From assembly GCA_016213235.1 (NCBI GenBank), contig JACRBE010000048.1, forward strand, positions 1 to 45,514: 45,514 bases of DNA, given 5' to 3'. The stretch comes from Chlamydiales bacterium (lineage in GTDB: Bacteria > Chlamydiota > Chlamydiia > Chlamydiales > JACRBE01). Below the pieces are notes generated by a model. The model did not search any database. It was given only the letters and a program-made list of their open reading frames with translations, and was not told the DNA's origin. The position numbers and the translations under genes are program-made. Of the stretch, positions 17,630 through 26,945 are shown one piece after another; the stretch's first letter is position 1; each line of letters starts with the position of its first letter.

Positions 17630-18414
17630 GAAAAGGAAAAATCATTGTTTTAGGAACAGGGGGTTCTGCAGGTTCTCCTGCAATTGGCAACCCCAATGCA
17701 AAACAGATCATGCAAGATAGATATAATTATCGTTTGCGCACCTCCATATTAATACAAATTGATCAAAAAAACATTTTGGTAGATCCCGGTCCTGATGTGC
17801 GATACCAAGCGCTTAAATTTGGCATTAATAAATTAGATGGTGTGCTTATCACCCATACGCATTTTGATCATATTGCAGGACTAGATGAGCTAAGGATGTA
17901 TTACTTTGTAAATCATCAACCTAATCATCTGCTTTTATCAAAAGAGAGTTATCAAGATTTAGAAAAGCGCTGTTACTATCTGATAGATCAAACAACGCAG
18001 ATAGTAAATAAAGATCAAAAATATAACTTCCATCTCTTACCAAAAAATGAGGGGACTATCTCTTTTTGTGGAGAAGAGTTTTCTTATTTTAGCTATTACC
18101 AGGCTGGTATGAAAGTAACAGGATTTCGAATAGGATCTTTTGCTTTTGTGACAGATATCAAAGAGTATGATCCCTCTATTTTTCACTATCTGAATGGTCT
18201 TGATGTGTTAATGGTATCTGCCCTTCGTGAAAAAGAATCTCCTGTGCATTTTAATTTTGAAGATGCAGTAGCATTTGCTCGTCAGACAAGGACAAAAGAG
18301 GCCTATTTTGTTCATATTGCACAAGAAGTAGAGCATCATGCAGCCAATAAAAAATTACCTAGTCAATATCAACTTGCCTACGATGGAATGGAGCTAGAAT
18401 TTTATGTCAGATAA
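17626..18414 (+). CDS. Metallo-beta-lactamase fold hydrolase (PhnP-like)
   Basis: VLGTGGS, VDPGPD, THTHFDHIAG, FVTD, HF, LAYDG. Confidence 0.92.
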   Translation: MRKGKIIVLGTGGSAGSPAIGNPNAKQIMQDRYNYRLRTSILIQIDQKNILVDPGPDVRYQALKFGINKLDGVLITHTHFDHIAGLDELRMYYFVNHQPNHLLLSKESYQDLEKRCYYLIDQTTQIVNKDQKYNFHLLPKNEGTISFCGEEFSYFSYYQAGMKVTGFRIGSFAFVTDIKEYDPSIFHYLNGLDVLMVSALREKESPVHFNFEDAVAFARQTRTKEAYFVHIAQEVEHHAANKKLPSQYQLAYDGMELEFYVR

Positions 18415-19708
18415 TGAAAAACTATATGAAGATGAACGCTATGAAATAGAAGATTTAAAAACAGCAATGCTCGTTGGTGTTTATATCAATAAACAACAGG
18501 AAGAGGAGTGTTTAGAACACTTAAATGAATTACAAAGACTGACAGAGACATTTGGATTAGAGGTTGTTCATAAAGAAAAGTGTTTTATCAGGAAATATGA
18601 TGCAGGGACGTATGTTACAGAAGGTAAGTTAAAGGAGCTTGCAGAAAAAGCAAACGAGATAAAAGCAGATGTCATTATCTTTGATGATGAAGTATCACCT
18701 AATCAGCAGAGAAACATAGAGAAAATCTTTGGAAGGCCAACCATTGATCGAACAGAACTCATTATTGAAGTGTTTGCTCAGCGTGCACATACCAAAGAAG
18801 CGACTCTTCAAATAGAGCTTGCCAAAATCCGGTATCAAATGCCGCGCCTGAAAAGACTATGGACTCACCTTTCTAGGCAACGTGTGAGTGGAAAAGGTCA
18901 TTTAAAAGGGGAAGGGGAAAAGCAAATCGAGATCGATAAGCGCATCTTGAAAAAAAGAATCACGCGTTTAGAAGAAGAGATTAGTATTGTTAGAAAACAA
19001 AGAGAAGAACAAAGAAAGGCAAGAATACGCTCTAGAATTCCCACTCTTGCTATTGTAGGGTATACCAACGTAGGAAAATCTACGCTGCTTAATGCTCTTA
19101 CCAATGCAGGAGTACTGGAAGAAGATAAATTGTTTGCAACACTAGATACAACAACAAGAAAATTTACACTTCCCAATCATCAAACAATCTTACTCATCGA
19201 TACCGTGGGATTTATCCGTAAACTGCCGCATACTCTTGTTGCAGCTTTTAAAAGTACACTCGAAGAGGTTTGCTACACCGATATTTTGCTGCATCTGGTA
19301 GATGTCGCGCACACAAGCGCAGAAGAACAGGCTAAAACAACACTGGAAGTACTTAAAGAGCTTGGAGCAGCAAATAAACCCATCATCACGGTATTAAATA
19401 AGATAGATCTTTTAGAAAATAAAGGTCAGATCAATCGGTTTAGAATATTATATCCCCATGTTGTTGCTATTTCTGCTCATACCAAAGAAGGCTTTGATGA
19501 GTTTTTAGAAAAAATCACACAATTGCTTGCATCCCTTAGAAAGGTTGTGAAACTTCGTATCCCACAAAGCCATTATGCATTTGTTAGCAGACTACAAAGG
19601 GATGCAAAGATAATAGAAATGGATTATGAAGGTAATGATATTGTTCTAACAGCAGAAATACCACAGATTATGGAACATGAAGTGATACCTTTTGCTGAGA
19701 AAAGTTGA
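18404..19708 (+). CDS. hflX: Ribosome-associated GTPase HflX
   Basis: GYTNVGKS, LFATLD, DTVGF, NKID; N-terminal IDRTELIIEVFAQRA. Confidence 0.98.
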   Translation: MSDNEKLYEDERYEIEDLKTAMLVGVYINKQQEEECLEHLNELQRLTETFGLEVVHKEKCFIRKYDAGTYVTEGKLKELAEKANEIKADVIIFDDEVSPNQQRNIEKIFGRPTIDRTELIIEVFAQRAHTKEATLQIELAKIRYQMPRLKRLWTHLSRQRVSGKGHLKGEGEKQIEIDKRILKKRITRLEEEISIVRKQREEQRKARIRSRIPTLAIVGYTNVGKSTLLNALTNAGVLEEDKLFATLDTTTRKFTLPNHQTILLIDTVGFIRKLPHTLVAAFKSTLEEVCYTDILLHLVDVAHTSAEEQAKTTLEVLKELGAANKPIITVLNKIDLLENKGQINRFRILYPHVVAISAHTKEGFDEFLEKITQLLASLRKVVKLRIPQSHYAFVSRLQRDAKIIEMDYEGNDIVLTAEIPQIMEHEVIPFAEKS

Positions 19709-20285
19709 TTTTAACTGTTTCTACTATCCCATTCACTAACATGTTCATAGCGATTAAAATGATGATCATTCCGCCAAAGCGCTCCAGTCCGATCATTCCC
19801 CGATCACTAAGTACATACTTAATAGTAGATGCCGCAAGGAGAATAATTAAAGAAAAAAACCAGGCAATAAAAATAACACTCATGACAAGTCCTGCATTAC
19901 CTAGCGCATGATGAATGATGATTGTTGTTGTAATAGCACCAGGTCCTGCAATGGTTGGGACAGCAAGAGGCACTAAAATAGGTTCATGATCTAAAGAGTC
20001 AATCTCCTGTTTCTCCAGGGGAAAGAGCATGCGTACTGCAACAAGTACCAATAAAAATCCCCCCGCAATTTCAATAATGGATTTATTGATATTGAGCACA
20101 TTGAGTATTTTTTCTCCAAACAGCCCAAATAATATTAAAATTAGCAGAGCAAGTAACATCTCTCTTATAATGATAGCGCGTTGTTTTTTAGCGTTAAATT
20201 TGACAAGAAGCCCAACAAATAGGGGTATACAGCCGATGGCATTAAGCACTAAAAATAGAGAAATTACCGCAGTCCAAAAATTCAT
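19668..20285 (-). CDS. MarC family inner-membrane protein
   Basis: LNAIGCIPLF, IAGGFLL, VPLAVPTIAGPGAI, LERFGG. Confidence 0.93.
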   Translation of the reverse strand: MNFWTAVISLFLVLNAIGCIPLFVGLLVKFNAKKQRAIIIREMLLALLILILFGLFGEKILNVLNINKSIIEIAGGFLLVLVAVRMLFPLEKQEIDSLDHEPILVPLAVPTIAGPGAITTTIIIHHALGNAGLVMSVIFIAWFFSLIILLAASTIKYVLSDRGMIGLERFGGMIIILIAMNMLVNGIVETVKINFSQQKVSLHVP

Positions 20286-20363
20286 AAGATCTCAAAGGCC
20301 CCCTATCTTCATCCATAATAAGATTGTTTTTTTTAATCAATTACTTTGGCATAATTTATCACC

Positions 20364-21632
20364 ATGAATAGAAAAAAATTTTTAATTTCCACCCTTGGGT
20401 GCAGAACCAATCAGTATGAGTCTCAGGCTTATCGAGATCAACTCTTATCACTTGGTTTTGAAGAATCGACAAATAACCATGATGCAGATATTTGTATTGT
20501 AAATACCTGTACTGTTACAGAATCTGCCGACCAAAAAAGCAAATATCAAATTAAACAGCTCCATAAACAACACCCTCAGGCAAAGATTTATGTGACAGGG
20601 TGCCTTGCAGAGAGAGAAAGAGATCTGCTAGCAACATTTGGGGGAGTTGATAAGGTTATTCCTAATCTAGAAAAAGAAAAATTATTGCAAATAGCGCTTC
20701 CGGAGGAAGAAAATTTGCCAGAATTTGCCATTAAACGATTCGAGTCGCATACAAGAGCATTTATAAAAGTGCAAGACGGCTGTAACTCTTTTTGCTCTTA
20801 TTGCATTATACCCTATGTCAGGGGTAGATCTAGATCTAAAACCATACCCCAGATTATTGAAGAAATTAAAGAGCTAGGGGCAAATGGCTATAAAGAAATT
20901 GTTTTAACAGGGATCAATATTGGAGATTTTGATGGTGGTGTTTCAAAAGGAGAACTTAAGAAAAGATTATCAGACATTGTATATGCAGTTGATGAAATAG
21001 AGGGAATTGAGCGTATCCGCATTTCCTCCATTGATCCGGATGAAGTAGAAGATGACTTATTAAATGCTCTTATTACCTGTAAAAAGGCATGCAAAAGCAT
21101 GCATATTGTGCTTCAAGCTGGCTCCAATACCATTTTAAAAAGAATGAATCGCAAGTACACTATCCAGGAGTTTTATGAGGCTACAAGGAAGTTGACAAGC
21201 GCTCATCCCGATTTTACCTTTACAACGGATGTTATTGTTGGATTTCCAGGAGAAACAGAGAAAGACTTTGAAGAGACCATGAATGTAATGAAAAAAGTGC
21301 AGTTTGCCAAAGTACATATGTTTCCTTTTAGTGTAAGACCTGGCACTAGAGCGGCTCGTTTTAAAGAGTTTATTGCACCAGAGATCATTAGCCAAAGAAA
21401 AGAAGAGGTGCTACGACTCGCAGAGCAAATTGCATTTGATCTGCGTGCAAACTATGTAGGAAGGAATATGAAGGTATTACTCGAGTCAAAAGAAGATGGA
21501 GAATGTCTGTTTGGGCATACAGATAATTTTCTTCCTGTTTTTGTAAAAGGCTATCATCTAAAACCAAATGATATCGTGCAAGTAAAGTTAATAGAAAATA
21601 CAGAAAAAGGATTGATGGGATGCGTTATATAA
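20364..21632 (+). CDS. mtaB: tRNA t6A37 methylthiotransferase
   Basis: TLGCRTNQYES, NTCTVT, IKVQDGCNSFCSYC, RIRISSI, HMFPFSVRPGT, TRAM domain; distinct from the MiaB at 26946. Confidence 0.93.
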   Translation: MNRKKFLISTLGCRTNQYESQAYRDQLLSLGFEESTNNHDADICIVNTCTVTESADQKSKYQIKQLHKQHPQAKIYVTGCLAERERDLLATFGGVDKVIPNLEKEKLLQIALPEEENLPEFAIKRFESHTRAFIKVQDGCNSFCSYCIIPYVRGRSRSKTIPQIIEEIKELGANGYKEIVLTGINIGDFDGGVSKGELKKRLSDIVYAVDEIEGIERIRISSIDPDEVEDDLLNALITCKKACKSMHIVLQAGSNTILKRMNRKYTIQEFYEATRKLTSAHPDFTFTTDVIVGFPGETEKDFEETMNVMKKVQFAKVHMFPFSVRPGTRAARFKEFIAPEIISQRKEEVLRLAEQIAFDLRANYVGRNMKVLLESKEDGECLFGHTDNFLPVFVKGYHLKPNDIVQVKLIENTEKGLMGCVI

Positions 21633-22621
21633 AAATAGCAACAAAGATGATCACGTTTACCCATAGCTATGGCTCTACAGTGTTATTGCCCGCCTCTTCT
21701 TGCGCTATTACAGCATATCCTACCAAGGTCATCATTGAAGATATTATTACTCATAAGATTCAAGAGTTTGACATAGCCTTAACAGGTCCTGTCAAAAACT
21801 TTTGTCTTATCCAAGATATGGAAAAAGGGCACGTGCGTATCTGTGGTAATTATCGTGAGGGTTTTGCTCTTTTTACTATTGAATTAAAAGATGGGATTCA
21901 TTTTTTTGCTAAAAAGGCGCCGACATGCATTAAAGGTTTTTCCCATCATATACAGGGCCTTTTTTCAGCAACATCTCAAACAACTCCAAAGTTAGATTTG
22001 GGTATTTCAAAAAAGTTAGATCTCGATTGTATTCGCTATCGCCTGGATGTAAGAGAGATTGTTCCTGTTTTATTCAAGCTATCTACTCTCACATCAACAC
22101 CAAATCCGACTCAAAAAATAGAGATACCACTTCTTGTAAAATTGCAGACTGCTATTCAATGCCATGATAAATTGCACCTTGGTGAAATACTAAAGCAAAT
22201 CTATTTGGCTTATTTTTCTAAAGGGCTTGTCCCAAGATTTATTGATGGAGAGTATCAAGGTATCATCAATGATATGCCATTCATGAAGGAAAATCCTTTA
22301 GATATCTTGGAACAACTCTCTTCTTTAATTGCTTCGATGTTTTGCACGAAAGTTGACAATAAGTTGATCATATTGCCATCTATTCCCAAAGAGTTTGTAT
22401 GTGGACGAGGACTGCATTTCCAGGTAGAAGATATGAGTGTATCTTTTCTTTGGAAAAGCAACTTGCTGCAGCGACTCATTATTGAAAATGGATCAGATGT
22501 CGATATAATGATAGAATCAAAGGGGATAAAACAATATCGCTATAGATCTAAATTTCACTCTACAAAAGATTCTATTTTCCTTAAAAAAGGTATTCATTAC
22601 TTTGATCGTTTTATGAAATAA
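21620..22621 (+). CDS. Hypothetical protein; C-terminus resembles the GH95/GH65 C-terminal beta domain
   Basis: LIILPSIPKEFVCGR...VSFLWKSNLL resembles LLPALPxxWxxG...vxxxWkxGxl. Confidence 0.7.
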   Translation: MRYIKIATKMITFTHSYGSTVLLPASSCAITAYPTKVIIEDIITHKIQEFDIALTGPVKNFCLIQDMEKGHVRICGNYREGFALFTIELKDGIHFFAKKAPTCIKGFSHHIQGLFSATSQTTPKLDLGISKKLDLDCIRYRLDVREIVPVLFKLSTLTSTPNPTQKIEIPLLVKLQTAIQCHDKLHLGEILKQIYLAYFSKGLVPRFIDGEYQGIINDMPFMKENPLDILEQLSSLIASMFCTKVDNKLIILPSIPKEFVCGRGLHFQVEDMSVSFLWKSNLLQRLIIENGSDVDIMIESKGIKQYRYRSKFHSTKDSIFLKKGIHYFDRFMK

Positions 22622-22951
22622 CAAAACCTTCATAACCACAAACACCTGTACGGGGAGAATTGACAAGAGACGGTAGCATGTAAGAGCAAATAAGATCGGC
22701 TGTTGTATTACACAGTTCGCAATAGAATCGGAGGATCATTTTGCATAAGTAGCGTTACCTTTTTTTAAGGACAGGCGGCAACTAGTTCCAAGACTCTTAT
22801 TCCTCCAGTAGCAGCCATAATTATTCTCCGTTCTATTTATAGAATAAACGGACGTATGGAATGATATATTAATTAATAAAAAACCAATTTTATTATTCTA
22901 GAGTCAAAAAAGTAATTATTGTAACATGGAAAAATACACAGGTGTTTTTCC

Positions 22952-24940
22952 ATGAACAAAGAAGATTATTTCAAGCTCATTGAAGAGATTCGTGAACATG
23001 ACATTCATTACTATATCGAAGCAAGACCTATTATTTCTGACTATGAATATGATCAGCTTTATAAAAAAATCGAGCAGACAGAAAAAGAACATCCTGATTG
23101 GATTATATCTGATTCTCCCACCCAAAATATAAAAGATTCTCTCCATAAAGGATTTGTACAAGTAAAACATCACACTCCCATGATGTCTCTTACCAATACC
23201 TATTCACAAGAAGAGCTTGTTGATTTTATGCATCGAGTAGAAAAATTGCTCGAAAAAAAAGAGGTAATTTATTGCGTAGAGTTAAAAATGGATGGGCTTG
23301 CAATCTCTTTGCATAATGAAGATGGCTTTTTTATCAGAGGAGTAACAAGAGGGGATGGAGAATATGGAGATGATGTTACCAATAACTTAAGAACCATTAA
23401 AAACCTTCCACTAAAACTAAAAGGAAAAGTCCCTGGCTTTATAGAGATTCGTGCAGAGGTTTTTATGCCGCTGGAAGTGTTTCATGAGCTAAACACAGAG
23501 AAAGAAGAGGCTGGAGAGCAAATATATGCTAATCCAAGAAATGCCGCTGCAGGATCATTAAAATTACTCGATTCCAAGGAGGTTTTTGCTCGAAGGCTCT
23601 CTATTTATGCTTATGGAATAGAAGGAGTAAAAACAATCCATTCACAATATGACGTACACCACATTCTTAAAACATGGGGGCTACCCTCTTTTTCTCAACA
23701 TCATTATGCACAAGTTTCCTCTATTGATGAGTTAATGGATTTTGCAGATAAAATTGAAAAAGAGCGCAACCACTTGCCATTTGAAATCGATGGTATCGTA
23801 GTGAAACTAGACTCCATCGGAGATAGAGAGTCTCTTGGTACTACTGCCAAAAGCCCTAGATGGGCAGTTGCTTATAAATTTGCACCACAACAAGCAAAGA
23901 CTGTGATTAAAGAAATCACCGTCCAAGTGGGAAGAACTGGCGTGCTTACTCCTGTTGCAGAATTAGAGCCTGTTTTTGTTTCAGGAAGTATGATAGCAAG
24001 AGCTACGCTTCATAATTTAGAAGAGATTCACCGAAAAGATATCAGAGTGCATGATACGGTAGTGATTGAAAAAGGGGGAGATGTCATCCCAAAGGTTGTA
24101 TCTGTTGACCCATCAAAGAGATCCGCGCATACGAAACCATGGCACATGCCAGTGCATTGCCCTATGTGCAATGCCTCAGTAGAACATCATGAAGGTGAGG
24201 TTGCATATAGATGTCCAAATCATACAGGATGTCCTGGACAAAACATCCAACGAATCATCTTTTTTACCTCAAAAAAAGCGATGAATATAGAAAACCTCGG
24301 TAGTAGGTTAGTGGAACGCTTTGTAAGAATTGGTCTTATTAAGTCTATTAGTGATATTTATCGTATCACTGCCTCAGATTTAGAACCTCTAGAAGGGTTT
24401 AAGGAAAAATCAATTACCAATCTTCTAAAAAGTATTGAAGAGTCAAAACAATGCGCTCTTCACCGTTTTATATTAGCCCTTGGAATAAAAAATGTGGGAG
24501 AAGAGACTGCACTGCTACTGGCCAGTCATTTTGAAACACTGGAAAATATTAAGAAGGCCACGATAGAAAATCTAGAAGAAATAGAGGGAGTTGGTCCTGT
24601 TGTGGCAGCATCTATTTGTCAGTTTTTCCAGCATGAAAACCAATTAAAAGAAATACAAGACCTTCTAGATCTTGGTGTATCACCAATATCTCCAAAAAAG
24701 AGGAAACAAAGCCATCATTCCTTTGCAGATAAGACATTTGTTTTGACAGGAACATTAGAAAAATACTCGCGCTCAGAGGCGGGTGAGCTTATTCAAGAAA
24801 GAGGAGGAAAAGTATCTAGTAGTATCAGTAGCAATACCGATTTTCTTCTTGTTGGAAAAGATCCAGGCTCTAAACTCGATAAAGCAAAAAAACTACATGT
24901 CACCATCATGGATGAAGAAGAGTTTTTAAAGCATCTTTAA
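22952..24940 (+). CDS. ligA: NAD-dependent DNA ligase
   Basis: ELKMDG, TRGDG, NPRNAAAGSL, IDGIVVK, AYKF, VGRTG, C4 zinc finger, HhH, BRCT. Confidence 0.99.
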   Translation: MNKEDYFKLIEEIREHDIHYYIEARPIISDYEYDQLYKKIEQTEKEHPDWIISDSPTQNIKDSLHKGFVQVKHHTPMMSLTNTYSQEELVDFMHRVEKLLEKKEVIYCVELKMDGLAISLHNEDGFFIRGVTRGDGEYGDDVTNNLRTIKNLPLKLKGKVPGFIEIRAEVFMPLEVFHELNTEKEEAGEQIYANPRNAAAGSLKLLDSKEVFARRLSIYAYGIEGVKTIHSQYDVHHILKTWGLPSFSQHHYAQVSSIDELMDFADKIEKERNHLPFEIDGIVVKLDSIGDRESLGTTAKSPRWAVAYKFAPQQAKTVIKEITVQVGRTGVLTPVAELEPVFVSGSMIARATLHNLEEIHRKDIRVHDTVVIEKGGDVIPKVVSVDPSKRSAHTKPWHMPVHCPMCNASVEHHEGEVAYRCPNHTGCPGQNIQRIIFFTSKKAMNIENLGSRLVERFVRIGLIKSISDIYRITASDLEPLEGFKEKSITNLLKSIEESKQCALHRFILALGIKNVGEETALLLASHFETLENIKKATIENLEEIEGVGPVVAASICQFFQHENQLKEIQDLLDLGVSPISPKKRKQSHHSFADKTFVLTGTLEKYSRSEAGELIQERGGKVSSSISSNTDFLLVGKDPGSKLDKAKKLHVTIMDEEEFLKHL

Positions 24941-24945
24941 CCAGA

Positions 24946-25227
24946 TTATAATTTCTTAGTCCGGTCAGGAGTTAAAGGAGATGCTTGAGTATTTGGTCTA
25001 GTAATGATAGATTGTGCAGCGGAAGAACTCTTTCCCGTTGTATTACCCCGTGGTTGTTTTCGGCTAGCATCAAATTTAAATGTGCTAGTGGATCTCGGAG
25101 TAAATGGAGGATTAGTATCAACAAACATAGATACAGTATCGCTAGTGTCTTTAAGTGGATCAGTCTTGCCACTTGTAGGTCTTGTAGGCTCTGATGGAGA
25201 AATAGGATGTGAATCGCCAACTCGCAT
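24946..25227 (-). CDS. Small S/T/P-rich disordered hypothetical protein
   Basis: 93 aa, AGGTAG SD-like site upstream of ATG; composition typical of chlamydial secreted orphans. Confidence 0.55.
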   Translation of the reverse strand: MRVGDSHPISPSEPTRPTSGKTDPLKDTSDTVSMFVDTNPPFTPRSTSTFKFDASRKQPRGNTTGKSSSAAQSIITRPNTQASPLTPDRTKKL

Positions 25228-25311
25228 AATGCTACCTGATTGTTTGTTTTAGTTATTTAATTAAACGAAACAGGTTAATATTTCAAATAAAAATTATTGA
25301 GATTTTTTAAT

Positions 25312-26199
25312 TTATACAAAATTGAATGCATCATTGGTTCTAAAATACGTATCTTGAAAAGCTTGATGTGCAAGCTCTTTTTTCTTCACCCCTAAAATAA
25401 GATATAAAGGGGAGGTATATCCTAGATATTTTCTTTGTAGTTGATCAAGGGAGTTGGATTCTATTGCTACATACCAGATCGTATCTATTTCAGGGTGATT
25501 ATATAACGTCTCTTTAATGATCTTATTGATACCAAAAAAGTAACGTTCCCCTGTTTCTTTAACACTTCCAAGTAAATGATATTGCCGGCTTAAGGTGGGA
25601 GCTATGACAGCAATATGCGCTCCATGAAAAGGATATAGATCATCAAAGCTAGATTCTATCTCTGCGTCGATCTGTTTAATTAAGCTTTGTGCAAGAGCTC
25701 TATCCACCTTTAAATAAACCAGACCAGACGTATCGTGAAATAACTGCCCTTTTAAGGAAAAAGATAATTTAATATTTGCTGTAAGGGTCTCTTGGTGACC
25801 TTTTTTCCCCTCTTTAATAAGAGGATAGGAAAAGGTAGGGATTTTTAGGTGGGGTATAGTCGGTATGAAAATGCTCATAAAAGGCTCCACGCTAAATTCA
25901 TGCTCTTTTTTAAGCTGATAAAAGAGAGAATATGCATCAACAAGGTGTAAATCTTTTTTTGACTGCTTTTTTGAAGAAAAGAGTTTAAAGGGATGTCTCA
26001 GATAAGTTAGGAAAGATGCAAAAGTAGAGGGGTTTTTTCTATTTGATTGAATCTCTTTAACTAATGACAAATCAAAAAAAATCTTACTATCTTTTTGAAT
26101 ATATACATATTTTTTCCTCATAGAGGAATTAGAAGAAAAAACTGGTGAATAAAAATTTAAATTAGACAGTCTTTTTGTTTGCATAATATTTTTTTTCAA
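25312..26199 (-). CDS. Hypothetical protein, C-terminal region possibly a degenerate 2H-phosphoesterase fold
   Basis: GLVYLKVD...GAHIAVI...WYVAIES..L..LQRKY pattern; start codon uncertain (TTG). Confidence 0.6.
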   Translation of the reverse strand: MKKNIMQTKRLSNLNFYSPVFSSNSSMRKKYVYIQKDSKIFFDLSLVKEIQSNRKNPSTFASFLTYLRHPFKLFSSKKQSKKDLHLVDAYSLFYQLKKEHEFSVEPFMSIFIPTIPHLKIPTFSYPLIKEGKKGHQETLTANIKLSFSLKGQLFHDTSGLVYLKVDRALAQSLIKQIDAEIESSFDDLYPFHGAHIAVIAPTLSRQYHLLGSVKETGERYFFGINKIIKETLYNHPEIDTIWYVAIESNSLDQLQRKYLGYTSPLYLILGVKKKELAHQAFQDTYFRTNDAFNFV

Positions 26200-26266
26200 G
26201 TATCTTAGACAAAATTATAAGTTATATAACGTTATTAGTAAATCACCTATATATAGGAGTGTATAT

Positions 26267-26887
26267 ATGCTTAAATCCGTTATAAAAGGGGCCATTGTTG
26301 GTGGAATCGTAGCTTACATCTGGAGCTTTGCTTCCTGGATGGTACTCCCTTGGCATAATGACTTGTTTCACTCATTTAAAAGTGAACAATATGTTGCCTC
26401 TGTGATTAAAGAAAATTCACCGGAAAAAGGAGTCTATTTAATTCCATTTTTGGATATGAAAAAAGCACAGAAAAATGATTATAAAAAACAAGCAGATGCA
26501 ATGAGAAAAGGCCCTGTTGTATTTGCTGTTGTATCACCAACTGGCGCAGCTCCAATGGGCGCCGGACATTTTGTATCTAATTTTCTTACGCAAGTTGCCG
26601 GTGGTGCACTTGTGGGCATGATTTTATATTTATCTTGTTGCCATAATTACTTTGGAAGAGTTATGATAGTTCTTTTTACTGGCCTCTTTGCAGGAATAAT
26701 TACATATCTACCTGCTTGGACGTGGTGGAATTTCCCTTGCGATTACACAATTGTTTCCATATTAGATGTTACAATCGGATGGTTAATTGTAGGGTTAATA
26801 TTGGCTAAAGTAATGAGACCTTGTAGATGCACATGTGGCTGCAAAGGCTGCACTTGCAATCGTGATGTTCCCCCTCCTGCAACATAA
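26267..26887 (+). CDS. 4-TM membrane protein with Cys-rich C-terminal tail
   Basis: AGGAG SD; GGIVAYIWSFASWMVLPWH; tail PCRCTCGCKGCTC. Confidence 0.88.
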   Translation: MLKSVIKGAIVGGIVAYIWSFASWMVLPWHNDLFHSFKSEQYVASVIKENSPEKGVYLIPFLDMKKAQKNDYKKQADAMRKGPVVFAVVSPTGAAPMGAGHFVSNFLTQVAGGALVGMILYLSCCHNYFGRVMIVLFTGLFAGIITYLPAWTWWNFPCDYTIVSILDVTIGWLIVGLILAKVMRPCRCTCGCKGCTCNRDVPPPAT

Positions 26888-26895
26888 GTTGCGGG

Positions 26896-26924
26896 AAAGC
26901 CCCCAGCAATGGGGGCTTTTTTTT
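26896..26924. terminator. Intrinsic terminator between convergent genes
   Basis: AAAGCCCCC-AGCAAT-GGGGGCTTT followed by a T tract. Confidence 0.88.
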
Positions 26925-26945
26925 AAGACAAAAAAGTATTGTTTC

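Noticed and set aside
19668..19708. 41-bp convergent overlap of hflX and marC 3' ends
   Set aside because: Short tail overlaps are common in compact genomes; both proteins look complete
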